In this document: positions 1 through 17,300 of the stretch, piece by piece
Layout of the letters: each line of letters opens with the position of its first letter
Numbering within the stretch: position 1 is the stretch's first letter
Assembly: GCA_964016885.1 (NCBI GenBank)
Contig: OZ024740.1
Location: 27,156,001-27,220,000, forward strand
Source: Eledone cirrhosa
Taxonomy: Eukaryota
Reading direction: 5' to 3'
Length of the DNA: 64,000 nucleotides
The notes under the pieces: generated by a model
Databases searched by the model: none
What the model was told of the DNA's origin: nothing
The model's input: the letters and a program-made list of their open reading frames with translations, nothing else
Translations under genes and position numbers: made by a program

Positions 1-318
1 TGAGGAAGTTTGGTGCAGTAACAGTCTTCAGAAGCAGCTGGCATCCGACATGGTCAATATTATACCAATCTACTAAGAAAAATATAAAAACCTAAGAAAT
101 TCTACTGTGGAATCTTCGGAAACACCACTCAAAGAAATTGTCTTTGATTTACAAATGGAGTATGTATGTGGCAGCGTGTATGGAAATAATGAGTATATAT
201 AGGTGTGTTTCGGCATGTGTGTGAGTTTATTAGTTGTAAATCTGTGTATATGTGTGTGAACATCTATATAAGTCTGTTTGTACATGTATAGTTTTATGTT
301 CGCACATGTATGTGTATA

Positions 319-375
<57 letters not shown>

Positions 376-541
376 ATGTGTGCGTGTATATATATATATA
401 TATATATATGCGGCTGTGTGCGTGTATATATATATATATATACACATATGTGTTTGAAAAATAAAAACAGAGATTAGGTGTAGGAGAGTTCAAATATATA
501 TATATATACTCACTTACAATCATATATATATATGTGTGTGT

Positions 542-586
<45 letters not shown>

Positions 587-829
587 CACGTCTATGTGTG
601 TGAACGTATATATGTACGTGTATGTCTATATATATACATTACTATGTGTATCTATATACAATATTTTATGTAAGATTGAATGTTATACACAGTGACAGAG
701 AAACCCCTCGCCCAGCATACGTTTTCTGACATTCTATATTTTCTTACCGATCAACCTTAATTTTCTGGACATGGCAGATACGACCCCTGAAAGGACAGCG
801 AGTCAACAATAGGAGGATCAGCTCCGGAT

Positions 830-1845
830 TTTCTGTGTGACGCAAGTGAGAATCGTACAAACAGATCTGGGGGCTGTTTCATGTATTTTTTGGAACGGAG
901 ATATCTACCTTTAAAAACAATATACAAAACTGGATGTAGACATTTGAAACCTATTGACAATGGGGAAACTCAATACAATGTTTGAGGACCGACCTACCCA
1001 CACTAGATGATCCAAAAAGTTATTGATATTGTCTGAGAGTCTGTTGAACACAGCCCAAGACGATTTTTACGGAGAAGAAGCCATTGAGTCTCTATACTGA
1101 AACCTTCAGAAAGGATCTTAAGAAGTACCCTACAGAATACAGCCCAAACAAAAGATTACAAAAGCTGATAAGACCTTGAGAAAGCCTGTGACTGAGAAAA
1201 TGCTATAGAAGTTGGAAAACAACCCAAATGTTCTGAATCTGTTGTGAACCTCTGAAGAAGCCGAATTTCACTTCGAGGGGAAGGTCATTTCTAAGTACAA
1301 TTTGCTCTTGGGGTCTGAAACCAGCCTCAGAAGTGGCTATGAAATCTTTCCATTCGGCTAAAGGCACTGTCAGGGCTGTCATTTTTGAGAGACGATTGGC
1401 CCATTCTTATTCGTAGAAAAAGATTTCACTACTACAGTTACAAAGAAAAGCTATGTGAAGATCTAAGAAGACATCAAATATGAGCTACAAAACAAATACC
1501 CATCACTAATGAATAATTTCTGACGCAACCAGCCGCCATATTACAATAAGTCGCTAGAATGGCGGGAAAATATCTATGGAAACAGTGTGATCCGTTTGAA
1601 ATCTGATTTTGACTGGTCTCCACAGTCCTGATTTAATCTCTCCAAATTTCTTTTTTTTTTTGTGTGGCTATCTGCAGTATAGCGTATAGGTCAACAAACC
1701 CAGGTCAATCACTGAACTAAAGGAAAGCATCAGGGAAGAGATTAGAGCCCCTAGGTCTGTGTTGATAGACGTGATGATAAACTTCAGCATGGGTCTAAAA
1801 AATTACATTGATTCAAATAGGGATCACGTAGAACATGTGGTGTAA
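830..1845 (+). pseudogene. Decayed Tc1/mariner-superfamily (DD37D/maT-like) transposase
   Basis: Frameshifted but recognisable motifs in order: SVEHSPRR (~1040), KDLKKYPYRIQ (~1110), TSEEAEFHFEGKV (~1250, cf. SDEAHFHL), WSP.SPDL...FF.LCGYL (~1614, cf. WPPRSPDLNPLDFFLWGYLK), IDSNRDHVEHVV* (ends 1845). TIRs not clearly identified. Confidence 0.75.
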
Positions 1846-2109
1846 CTCTGGACAAAACATTTAAAATAAGTGAATGTTTCATGTTTTTAATTATTTTAAA
1901 TATGTTCGGAACTTCATTAGTTAGTGTCAAACATTGAATAATGGGGACAAATATAATGGGGCAAGTGTGTTAGTTATATAGTGAGAAATGTGTTTGCTTG
2001 TACTTCATTGTATGGATGTGTTTCTATAGTTTCTACTGTATATCTTCTGTGTATATAACATGTATGCGTGGTTATACAAACACACACGCACACCGACACA
2101 CGCACACCG

Positions 2110-2180
<71 letters not shown>

Positions 2181-2181
<1 letters not shown>

Positions 2182-2488
2182 CGAAGGAAATGTGGTAAGG
2201 AACCAGGTGGACCATAACGCACCAAAGTACTCAATACTTAGGGTAGTAGAGTGGGTAATAGGAACAAGTAAGTCCCCGACGGCTGAGCTCAAGCCGTTTC
2301 GACGGCTAATTCTGTACTGAATGAAAAATTAATTCTGGTATTTAAATAGCCTGGTGATTATCTCTTTGACCATATATGGAATTACCCCTTGATAAGTTCG
2401 GCTATTTAAATACCGGAATTAATTTTTGATTCAGTACAGAATTAGCCGTCGAAACGGCTTGAGCTCAGCCGTCGGGGTCTTACTTGTT

Positions 2489-2493
<5 letters not shown>
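2181..2493. mobile_element. Short fold-back repeat element (family F1) between (TA)n tracts
   Basis: ~94-bp inverted arms 2258-2351 / 2400-2493, and the left arm extends to 2181. The same sequence recurs at 37580-37770 and 37809-38003. Confidence 0.75.
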
Positions 2494-2526
<33 letters not shown>

Positions 2527-2529
<3 letters not shown>

Positions 2530-2676
2530 GGCTTCTACAGGACTAGAATTGTATCATTCGGGAGAAATCGTCAGTTCTAGTCCTGTAAAAGGTATTCTAT
2601 ATTAAATATTTGAACTCTGCTATGTATTGAGTACCTTACTCACTGTGGTTACCCCGATTGAATACGGGATAAGCTT
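2527..2676. mobile_element. Short fold-back repeat (family F2) with partial hammerhead core; further copies at ~8741-8880 and ~60430-60550
   Basis: Arms tacaggactagaa / ttctagtcctgta (2536-2587). The minus strand reads CTGACGA-t-ttc-tccc-gaa-t-GATA, and the 8749 copy reads GTGATGA-t-ttc-taaa-gaa-t-GAAA-cagtt. All copies share the downstream gagtaccttact..tgtggttacc sequence. Confidence 0.6.
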
Positions 2677-2684
2677 ATATGTAT

Positions 2685-2752
<68 letters not shown>

Positions 2753-3159
2753 TTATCTGCAAATATTTATATAATTCAGCTTGTTTCCGTGTAGAATTGG
2801 TTATATAAGTGTATATTTTTGTATAGGTCCTATACCTCTAAATATCAATGTGTACGTGTATGTGTTTGTAAGTATGTGTGTGCATATGTGTGTATGATTC
2901 AGTGTGTGTGTCTTTGTGCGTGCTCGTTTGTGTGAGTAAGTGTGTGTGTGTGTGTGTGTGTGTGAGGCTTTCTTTCGCCTAAAGCAACAGAAAGTATTGT
3001 AGAGTTAAAGCTGAGCTGCTACTAACTCTTATTCTCTGTTGAACCACGGGAAAGAAAACGTTTTTGTTGTTGTATTTTATTCAAGGAAAGTAGAACTTGC
3101 CCGCGCCGCCATTTCAATCATATTCCAGTCATGAGCTCAACACCCTAACAACTAGGACA

Positions 3160-3202
<43 letters not shown>

Positions 3203-3471
3203 TTTCTCTCCCTATATATACATTCAAAAGCACCTGGAGATGGATGGGTTTAGGTCTATAAAAAGTGAAAATGTATACATATATATATATATCCAAAATT
3301 AAAATTAAGGCCTGTCATGTCTGAGAGAGATGCGCCATATCCACCGTAGAATAACATCAAAGATTAGATCCGAACATTACATATCAACTAAACATATGAA
3401 ACGATCACAGGGAATAATTTGTAAAGAATGTAAGCACACATAGCTACATATATATATATAGCACACATAGC

Positions 3472-3524
<53 letters not shown>

Positions 3525-3525
<1 letters not shown>

Positions 3526-3747
3526 AGATGTGAGAAATACCACAGACCCTCCATCTCAACTCACCTTTTGAAAAGCAGAAGAACTGCGAAACCGGTAAAG
3601 GAACCAAATAAATATATATATTTAAAAAAAAAATAAGATTCCAGTTGCATTTTCGATTTCATCTCTTTTTCTTTATACTTTCACTCGTGTAGGACACCTC
3701 GGTTATTTTTCATTTTGTAAAAAAAACCTCAGTAAAAAAAACCTCAC

Positions 3748-3755
<8 letters not shown>
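3525..3755 (+). mobile_element. Short HHR-bearing repeat (family F3); copies at 31540-31752 and, partially inverted, 30903-31045
   Basis: Near-identical ~220-bp sequence in three places, each ending ...cacttt/atcta in a (TA)n tract. Confidence 0.75.
3564..3601 (+). ncRNA. Type I hammerhead ribozyme motif, U3-A8 core variant (family F3)
   Basis: cctt-TTGAAAA-gcag-aagaa-ctgc-GAAA-ccgg-TA-aagg: stem I cctt/aagg, stem II gcag/ctgc, palindromic stem III ACCGGT, GUA cleavage triplet. Confidence 0.7.
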
Positions 3756-3837
<82 letters not shown>

Positions 3838-3846
3838 CTATGTATG

Positions 3847-3905
<59 letters not shown>

Positions 3906-3954
3906 TTGTGTATGTATGTATCTATATATGTATATATATATATATATATATAGT

Positions 3955-4081
3955 AATAATAATAAATTTGAAGACTAAAATCCAAAGAGGGCTCGATAAG
4001 GATAAATATATATCAAATATATAAGAACCGTTAAGGGTGAAAGCAGCGATTCTTTGCTTAAACTTTAATCTGTTATTTTAA

Positions 4082-4174
<93 letters not shown>

Positions 4175-4500
4175 ATAATAATACACTTGAAGACTAAAAT
4201 CCAAAGAGGACTCGATAAGGATAACTATATATCAAATATATAATAACCGTGTATTCATCATGCAGAAACAACATCTGAATATTTCTACAAAGAACATACC
4301 CGTACCAAGCAGGAAAACATATCGAAAACTCCTGTTGCCAGGGAACGTTTCCACGAACCAACGTATCGTCTTCCTGTCTTCCTCCGGTTGCAACGTTTTT
4401 TGAAATATCCACTTCTGCGTTTACAGATTGACTTTGTTGGTTTCAGAAGATCCCGTTAAGGGTGAAAGCAGCGATTCTTTGCTTAAACTTTAATCTGTTA

Positions 4501-4508
<8 letters not shown>
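3955..4508. mobile_element. Two fold-back-type fragments of repeat family F4 between (TA)n tracts
   Basis: ataaatttgaagactaaaatccaaagagg... (3955, 4172, 26360, 32480) and ...gggtgaaagcagcgattctttgcttaaac... (4035, 4460, 27358; inverted at 26460-26520) are the two orientations of one element that is contiguous at 26360-26785. Confidence 0.7.
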
Positions 4509-4560
<52 letters not shown>

Positions 4561-5269
4561 TGTAATGCGCGTCTTAGCGTTTCTCCTTGTTATATATTCG
4601 TTTTAGTATTGAATTGAAGAACTCACGTACACACACACATATATATATGTGTGTATGTGTGTGTGTGTGTGTGTGTGTGTTCGTGTGTGTGTGTATGTAA
4701 GTGTGTGTTTGCCTGTGTGTATGTGCATGTAATACGAAACTCTATCTAAATATTTTGCAATGTTCCAGTATCCATTTTCTATATTTGAGATGGTGAATTT
4801 CGTAATAACGAATATTCTTTTATAGATTTATTTACAAATATTTCTTTTTTCAATATAAAATAAAAAAAAAGAACAAAACATATTTCAAATTATAATTTGA
4901 AAGTGAATAAAAATAAAATAATATAATAATATGCAAATTTTATATCGTAATTCACTTCATTGTAAATCTATATTGATTTTTTTTCGGGCTTTATACGGCT
5001 CATAATATAAACAGTACATTGTACGGTGAAACCATAAAATAGATTGTAAATTTCTCAGAAACGTAGCACTATGTAAATATAAAAGCCGAAATGTGAGAGA
5101 TTTGTAGTTTCGTTCTCGGATATTGTTTTTAATTTGGATTACTTGGTCGTGTTCATCGGGTTTTATATTATATGTAAACGTTTTGGAGAGGTTTCTTATG
5201 GGTTGAATGCCGGATCCCTGATTCGATAGAATAGAAAAAGGAGATGAACACATATACACACAGAAACAC

Positions 5270-5399
<130 letters not shown>

Positions 5400-5515
5400 A
5401 GAGATGTGTGTGTATGTGTGCATGCAATGTTTGTATCATTTCGTACTATTTAAAATCAATTTGAAATTTTTCCTACATACACACGTTGTATATAAATATA
5501 TGTATACCAATTGAA

Positions 5516-5546
<31 letters not shown>

Positions 5547-5622
5547 AACAGTAAACAAAAACCAACAGCGTGGAAGCGAAGAGGCAGTACAAAATGTTAA
5601 TATTAGTTTCACGCTTGAGAGT

Positions 5623-5671
<49 letters not shown>

Positions 5672-5814
5672 ATTGATATATCCTGTTATATATCGTTTAA
5701 TCTAGTACCATTGATGTTCTAAAGTGAAGTTCAATGGAGCTTTGTAGATTTTTCCTGAAAATATTATTGATGTATATTTTTATATATGTATTGATTAAAC
5801 CTCAAATTACCATA

Positions 5815-5960
<146 letters not shown>

Positions 5961-6639
5961 GAAATTGGAAATAGCACGGAAAATATACTTTAGGGTCTGT
6001 TTTTCTTATTTTTTTTCCTTTCTTTGATTCGTCAAAGTGACATTATTGAAAAAATGAGAGACAATTATTTTAAAACAGAGTTCTATAATGTATATAAAGT
6101 ATATAAAGTATATAAAGTATATAAAGTATAACGGGATTCGATGTATTATCAAAGTTCATATCAAATGTTGAGTATTACAATTAAAAAGAATTAATAAGAA
6201 TTAAAAACAAAAAATAAAAGATTTAAAATTAAGTATTGGAGTAAGTTGTTTTCCAACTTCCTGGCCCAGAAGGGGACTGGAGAATGAGTTATTGTGTAAA
6301 GAGAGAGATGTGTGTAGTTAGGATAGTTGTAGCAGTGTTGGTAGTTGTGTTTCTTCACAGAACAAAATTGTTTTTTGGTGGCAAAGGAACTATTCTGTAA
6401 ATATGTGTGTGTATATCTGATTGTGTTAATTAACTGGTCAAGAGTTCAAATGGAGGTGGCAAGGGGGATGGGGAATTGTAAGCTAGAGACAAATTGAGAC
6501 AAATGTATTTTTATATATACACCCTCACACTATACACACCCTCCCTAAAACCAATTCCAATAGAAGAATTTCTTTGGCATAGAATTTGCCATAGATTGAC
6601 CAGTCAATCAACACAATCATATATACACCAAATCATTAG

Positions 6640-6945
6640 AAATGACATTCTCACTCTCAGGAAAACCATGGTCTTCAAAGAAGAGTTCATCACAACTCTG
6701 CTTAATGGTTGTGAGACTTGTATTCAAATATTGTACCCTCAAAATTGTTAGAAAGTTTCTACAACAAAGATTGAAACATCACATTACAAAAGAATCCCCT
6801 TCATAGCTTCTCTACTTGTCATTCTGTCTACGATACTCCATACTCAACTCCAAATATTGGGATTTCCTCAACTGCTACGGACTATCCCCTTTGGAGAACA
6901 TGTTACTAGCAAAAGACTCCGAGGTGGACACATGACACTTTAGGA
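6640..6945 (+). pseudogene. Highly decayed RTE-clade LINE ORF C-terminal fragment
   Basis: VFKEEFITTLLNGCETC (cf. VY.AvV..tLLYGCETW) and FGEHVTSKRLRGG (cf. LYGEL..GKR.RGG). Confidence 0.45.
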
Positions 6946-7170
6946 ATTAAGTCGAGTCCACTCTCATCATATGTATATATAAGACCGGCTACAAAGGTTG
7001 TGAAGAGAACTCCTCACTCATTCACCAGTGCCTGCACCTACACACACACACACACACACACACAAGTGTCCGAAACGTTAAGACCCTCTTCCTGATATAT
7101 CAAGCGTTAACTTCATATATCCCTTCTATATACTGTACCGATTGTGTTGTTTTTTTTCTGTTTACCTTTT

Positions 7171-7281
<111 letters not shown>

Positions 7282-7654
7282 GAATATAAAATGAAAGTGC
7301 TTTTATAAAGGAATTTATTAGGTATTGACATATGTTTCTGTAACAGACGGAATACCTATGTATCGCTGCTTGCGTAATCATATAATGTTAGCAAGTATTC
7401 GATAGTAAATGGATAATCAGTTGTCACTTCTTCAGAGATATTGGATATATATATATAAATTCAGAGATATTGGATATATATATAAAATACAATATGTTGA
7501 AAAGTAACACACCAAGGTAATACAGTGCGCTATCATATAAAATAGGGGAAAAAAACACCAGTGTATGGAATCTATAACCTATGAAAGGCAGACTATAGAC
7601 ACGATAATTAAAAATATAAATTAAAGCGTAAATAAATACCTCTATAACTATATA

Positions 7655-7734
7655 ACACACGTACAAATCCAGATATATGTTTCACCAGTAATTTGTTGAA
7701 AGAAATGGGTTAGCCTCGGTTCATCAGCGTGTGT
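7655..7734 (-). ncRNA. Type I hammerhead ribozyme motif (family F5)
   Basis: Minus strand: acacacg-CTGATGA-acc...ggt-GAAA-ca..tttg-TA-cgtgtgt. Perfect 7-bp stem I and GUA cleavage site. Confidence 0.75.
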
Positions 7735-8266
7735 AAGGCTATACATTTCAGACAACACTAAGAGAATTTCAAAAGTGACTGTCCAGCTACACGTGGGAGA
7801 GAGAAGTCACAGCGTGTTTAAGGGCAGTGAACCAGTGGCCTCTGAGGGACGAACTGCTAGAAAGGGCAGCGCAAAGCCACTCAGTGAAAAGTGCTCAACC
7901 AAACATAGATAGGAAAGATTGTTATTAGGAGCGAAATATCACGATAAATTAACGGAGGCATAGCCCCTCGCTATTCCCTGTAAATAATGTGCTCAAAGGA
8001 GGAGAAATCTTGGGCTCTTTAAAATACAATATGTTGAAAAGGTAACACACCAGTGAGAGATATACAGTGCGCTATCAATAACACAGGTGGAAAAACCACC
8101 AGTGCATTTCTTTCAACAAATTACTGGTGAAACATATCTTTGGATTTCTACGTGTCTTATTTTACGTTTTAATTTATATTTTTAATTATCGTGTCTATAG
8201 TCTGCCTTTCATAGGTTATAGATTCCATGCAGGGAATAGCGCGGGACTATGCCTCCATTAATTTAT

Positions 8267-11124
<2,858 letters not shown>

Positions 11125-11294
11125 TCCTATCCACTTCATTTCTCTTCAGAACCAATATCTTGAAGAAATCTCACAAACAGAATAATGGCGGCGGGTAAAA
11201 ACGATATATTAAGTAAATAAATAAAATGTTCAAGAACAACAACAACAACAACGATAAAAGCAAATACATCAATTACAATAACAAGGAGAAAGAA

Positions 11295-11325
<31 letters not shown>

Positions 11326-11629
11326 GTAAATCTACAAACGTCAAAGCAACTACAACAGAAAACAAATAGAAATCAATGAATAACAAACTACATCAAGAAC
11401 TACAACAATAACAACAACAACAACAATAACAACTACAACAATAACAACAACTACAACAATAAAAATAACAGCTACAACATTAACGATTAAAGCAACCAAC
11501 GAAACAACAACAAGGAGCAATAAATAAGGTAGACAACAACAACAAAATACATTAGAGGAACTACGAAACTAAATGCAGAATAAGAATATATACATAATGA
11601 AATTAGTTTCACATAGTTTAGTCATAATG

Positions 11630-12154
11630 TCCTACAACTACACACATAGAGACGGACACACACATAGAGACATACACACACATATAGACATACACACAAC
11701 TACATATCGACATACACACACATATACACATACACATAGAGACGGGCTGACACATATACACGTACACACACACATAGACACATACACACACGCACATACA
11801 GAAACAAACACACATATACACATACACACACACATAGGGACATACAAACACATATATACATATCACATACTCACATACACCCATGCACACATATACCCGT
11901 ACACACACACATATACACATACACACACAGATACACACACACACATATACACATACACACATACACATAGAGACATACACACACATATACACATGCACAC
12001 ACACACATATAGACACAAACACGCATATACACATACACAAACACACATAGAAACACAAACAGACATATACACATACACACACACATATACAGACACAAAC
12101 ACACATATAGACATATACACACATATAGACACAAACACACATATACACATACAC

Positions 12155-12187
<33 letters not shown>

Positions 12188-12230
12188 TATACAAATACAC
12201 ACAAAGACAAACACACACATTTATACACGC
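11630..12230. repeat. Degenerate (CA)/(CATA)-rich low-complexity tract
   Basis: Direct inspection. Confidence 0.85.
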
Positions 12231-12253
12231 GCAACTTATCCATCTTCCTTATG

Positions 12254-12366
<113 letters not shown>

Positions 12367-12541
12367 CTGGGTGTGTGTGTAGAAACTTGAAGGAACGCAC
12401 AAATAGAAAGTACCTATACATATACTATATAGTATATAGTATTTACAGTGAAACACACTCTTATGTATATTATGCAAATGATTGTATATATACACACACA
12501 TACATACACACACACACACGCAGACACACACACACACACAT

Positions 12542-12607
<66 letters not shown>

Positions 12608-12689
12608 GTATATAATTTACTAAAGGTATACATCTATGTCATTCTTAAACATATATACAGCCTGACTAGACTGACAGGCACACAGAAAC

Positions 12690-12717
12690 AAATATATAGC
12701 TATATATATATATATAG

Positions 12718-12791
<74 letters not shown>

Positions 12792-13150
12792 CTATATATA
12801 TATAGCTATATATATATATATATAGCTATAAATATATATAGCTATATATATATAGCTATAAATATATGCACATATATATACAGCTATATATATATAGCTA
12901 AATATATATATATATAGCAATATATATATATATAGCTATATATATATAGCTATATATATATATAGCTATATATATATAGCTATACATATATAGCTATATA
13001 TATCTATAGCTATATATATATAGCTATATATGTATATATATGTGCATATATTTATAGCTAAATATATATAGCTATATATATATAGCTATATATATATGTG
13101 CATATATTTATATAGCTATATATATAACTATATATATATAGCTATAAATA
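12690..13150. repeat. (TA)nGC compound microsatellite (tatatagc units)
   Basis: Direct inspection. Confidence 0.85.
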
Positions 13151-13241
13151 TATGCACTCATATATACATCTTCTTATACGTGCTAGCAGATAACTAGACA
13201 CATGAAATATTTATGAGCGATATCGAACATAGGTACGTAAG

Positions 13242-13281
<40 letters not shown>

Positions 13282-13359
13282 ACACGCAGATATATATAGT
13301 TTCAGGTATATATATAAATATAAATGAAAATAGAGAGATTAATGTAGGCTAAAAGAGCT

Positions 13360-13418
<59 letters not shown>

Positions 13419-13458
13419 GTATGAAGGTTGGAAGATCACTGATGAAGGACTAACTTTA

Positions 13459-13526
<68 letters not shown>

Positions 13527-13544
13527 CACATATATATACATATT

Positions 13545-13581
<37 letters not shown>

Positions 13582-13769
13582 GCATATATATATTTGTATA
13601 CACACATACATATCTATAGTTTCAGATATACATTCCAATGAATTGCCCTTGGCTACACAAGTGTGTGTACTGGCAAGTACACACACTAGAGATATGAGTG
13701 ATGTTTTCTCTGATTAGCAGTGTGGGGCTGGGGTTATTTGAATATTGAATAAATAATAAGTGCAGAGCT

Positions 13770-14040
13770 AACTACAACAACAACAACAGCAACGGAAACA
13801 ACAACAACAACTACAGTAACAAAAAACAACAACAGCAATTACTACATCAACAACAACTACAATGACAACACCAACAACAGCAACAATAACAACTACAACA
13901 ACAGCAACTACTACAACAACAACTGCAATAACAACAAGAACAACAACAGCAACAGCAACTACAACAACAACCACAACAACAACTACAACATCAACTACAA
14001 CATCAACTACAACAACAACTACAGTAACAACAACAACAGC

Positions 14041-14089
<49 letters not shown>

Positions 14090-14093
14090 GCAG

Positions 14094-14157
<64 letters not shown>

Positions 14158-14280
14158 GGCAGTAGTAGCAACAACAGCAACAGCAACAACTACAGCAGCA
14201 ACAACAACAACAGCAGCAAAAACAACAACGGCAACAACAGCAGCAGCAGTAGTAGCAGCAGCAGCAACAAGAACAATAAT
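13770..14280. repeat. (CAA/CAG)n triplet tract
   Basis: Direct inspection. Confidence 0.9.
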
Positions 14281-14345
14281 ATAAATCTAAGATAAACAAC
14301 AAATGAACAACTGGAGACACTAGTTCTAATAACGACACAATTGTT

Positions 14346-17300
14346 GGTGCATTGGTAGTATAGGTAGAGGGTCTGACACCATGTTAGGGTGGTGGACTGG
14401 TAGTATAGGTAGAGGGTCTGACACCATGTAGGGGTGGTGGATTGGTGGTATAGGTAGAGGGTCTGACACCATGTAGGGGTGGTGGATTGGTAGTATAGGT
14501 AGAGGGTCTGACACCATGTAGGGGTGGTGGATTGGTGGTATAGGTAGAGGGTCTGACACCATGTTAGGGTGGTGGACTGGTAGTATAGGTAGAGGGTCTG
14601 ACACCATGTAGGGGTGGTGGATTGGTGGTATAGGTAGAGGGTCTGACACCATGTAGGGGTGGTGGATTGGTAGTATAGGTAGAGGGTCTGACACCATGTA
14701 GGGGTGGTGGATTGGTGGTATAGGTAGAGGGTCTGACACCATGTAGGGGTGGTGGATTGGTAGTATAGGTAGAGGGTCTGACACCATGTAGGGGTGGTGG
14801 ATTGGTAGTATAGGTAGAGGGTCTAACACCATGTAGGGGTGGTGGATTGGTGGTATAGGTAGAGGGTCTGACACCATGTAGGGGTGGTGGATTGGTAGTA
14901 TAGGTAGAGGGTCTGACACCATGTAGGGGTGGTGGATTGGTAGTATAGGTAGAGGGTCTGACACCATGTTAGGGTGGTGGATTGGTAGTATAGGTAGAGG
15001 GTCTGACACCATGTAGGGGTGGTGGATTGGTAGTATAGGTAGAGGGTCTAACACCATGTAGGGGTGGTGGATTGGTGGTATAGGTAGAGGGTCTGACACC
15101 ATGTAGGGGTGGTGGATTGGTAGTATAGGTAGAGGGTCTGACACCATGTAGGGGTGGTGGATTGGTAGTATAGGTAGAGGGTCTGACACCATGTTAGGGT
15201 GGTGGACTGGTAGTATAGGTAGAGGGTCTGACACCATGTAGGGGTGGTGGATTGGTAGTATAGGTAGATGGTCTGACACCATGTAGGGGTGGTCGATTGG
15301 TAGTATAGGTAGAGGGTCTGACATCATGTAGGGGTGGTGGATTGGTGGTATAGGTAGAGGGTCTGACACCATGTAGGGGTGGTGGATTGGTAGTATAGGT
15401 AGAGGGTCTGACACCATGTAGGGGTGGTGGATTGGTAGTATAGGTAGAGGGTCTGACATCATGGTAGGGTGGTGGATTGGTAGTATAGGTAGAGGGTCTG
15501 ACACCATGTAGGGGTGGTGGATTGGTGGTATAGGTAGAGGGTCTGACACCATGTAGGGGTGGTGGATTGGTAGTATAGGTAGAGGGTCTGACACCATGTA
15601 GGGGTGGTGGATTGGTAGTATAGGTAGAGGGTCTGACAACATGGTAGGGTGGTGGATTGGTAGTATAGGTAGAGGGTCTGACACCATGTAGGGGTGGTGG
15701 ATTGGTAGTAGAGGTAGAGGGTCTGACACCATGTAGGGGTGGTGGATTGGTAGTATAGGTAGAGGGTCTGACACCATGTAGGGGTGGTGGATTGGTAGTA
15801 TAGGTAGAGGGTCTGACACCATGTAGGGGTGGTGGATTGGTAGTATAGGTAGAGGGTCTGACACCATGTAGGGGTGGTGGATTGGTAGTATAGGTAGAGG
15901 GTCTGACACCATGTAGGGGTGGTGGATTGGTAGTATAGGTAGAGGGTCTGACACCATGGTAGGGTGGTGGATTGGTAGTATAGGTAGAGGGTCTGACACC
16001 ATGTAGGGGTGGTGGATTGGTGGTATAGGTAGAGGGTCTGACACCATGTAGGGGTGGTGGATTGGTAGTATAGGTAGAGGGTCTGACACCATGTAGGGGT
16101 GGTGGATTGCTAGTATAGGTAGAGGGTCTGACACCATGGTAGGGGTGGTGGATTGGTAGTATAGGTAGAGGGTCTGCCACCATGTAGTGGTGGTGGATTG
16201 GTAGTAGAGGTAGAGGGTCTGACACCATGTAGGGGTGGTGGATTGGTAGTATAGGTAGAGGGTCTGACACCATGTAGGGGTGGTGGATTGGTAGTATAGG
16301 TAGAGGGTCTGACACCATGTAGGGGTGGTGGATTGGTAGTATAGGTAGAGGGTCTGACACCATGTAGGGGTGGTGAATTGGTAGTATAGGTAGAGGGTCT
16401 GACACCATGTTAGGGTGGTGGATTGGTAGTATAGGTAGAGGGTCTGACACCATGTAGGGGTGGTGGATTGGTAGTATAAGTAGAGGGTCTGACACCATGT
16501 AGGGGTGGTGGATTGGTAGTATAGGTAGAGGGTCTGACACCATGTAGGGGTGGTGGATTGGTAGTATAGGTAGAGGGTCTGACACCATGTAGGGGTGGTG
16601 GATTGGTAGTATAGGTAGAGGGTCTGACACCATGTAGGGGTGGTGGATTGGTAGTATAGGTAGAGGGTCTGACACCATGTAGGGGTGGTGGATTGGTAGT
16701 ATAGGTAGAGGGTCTGACACCATGTAGGGTGGTGGATTGGTAGTATAGGTAGAGGGTCTGACACCATGTAGGGGTGGTGGATTGGTAGTATAGGTAGAGG
16801 GTCTGACACCATGTAGGGGTGGTGGATTGGTAGTATAGGTAGAGGGTCTGACACCATGTAGGGGTGGTGGATTGGTAGTATAGGTAGAGGGTCTGAAACC
16901 ATGGTAGGGTGGTGGATTGGTAGTATAGGTAGAGGGTCTGACACCATGGTAGGGTGGTGGATTGGTAGTATAGGTAGAGGGTCTGACACCATGTTAGGGT
17001 GGTGGATTGGTAGTATAGGTAGAGGGTCTGACACCATGGTAGGGTGGTGGATTGGTAGTATAGGTAGAGGGTCTGACACCATATAGGGGTGGTGGATTGG
17101 TAGTATAGGTAGAGGGTCTGACACCATGTTAGGGTGGTAGATTGGTAGTATAGGTAGAGGGTCTGACACCATGGTAGGGTGGTGGATTGGTAGTATAGGT
17201 AGAGGGTCTGACACCATGTAGGGGTGGTGGATTGGTAGTATAGGTAGAGGGTCTGACACCATGTTAGGGTGGTGGATTGGTAATATAGGTAGAGGGTCTG

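Noticed and set aside
13439-13460. CTGATGA followed by (TA)n; similar lone boxes at 1252, 32172, 36881
   Set aside because: Core incomplete, or the box lies within transposase/LINE coding remnants.
14384-14389. TTAGGG as evidence of a telomere
   Set aside because: Only single hexamers inside variant satellite units, with no tandem (TTAGGG)n.
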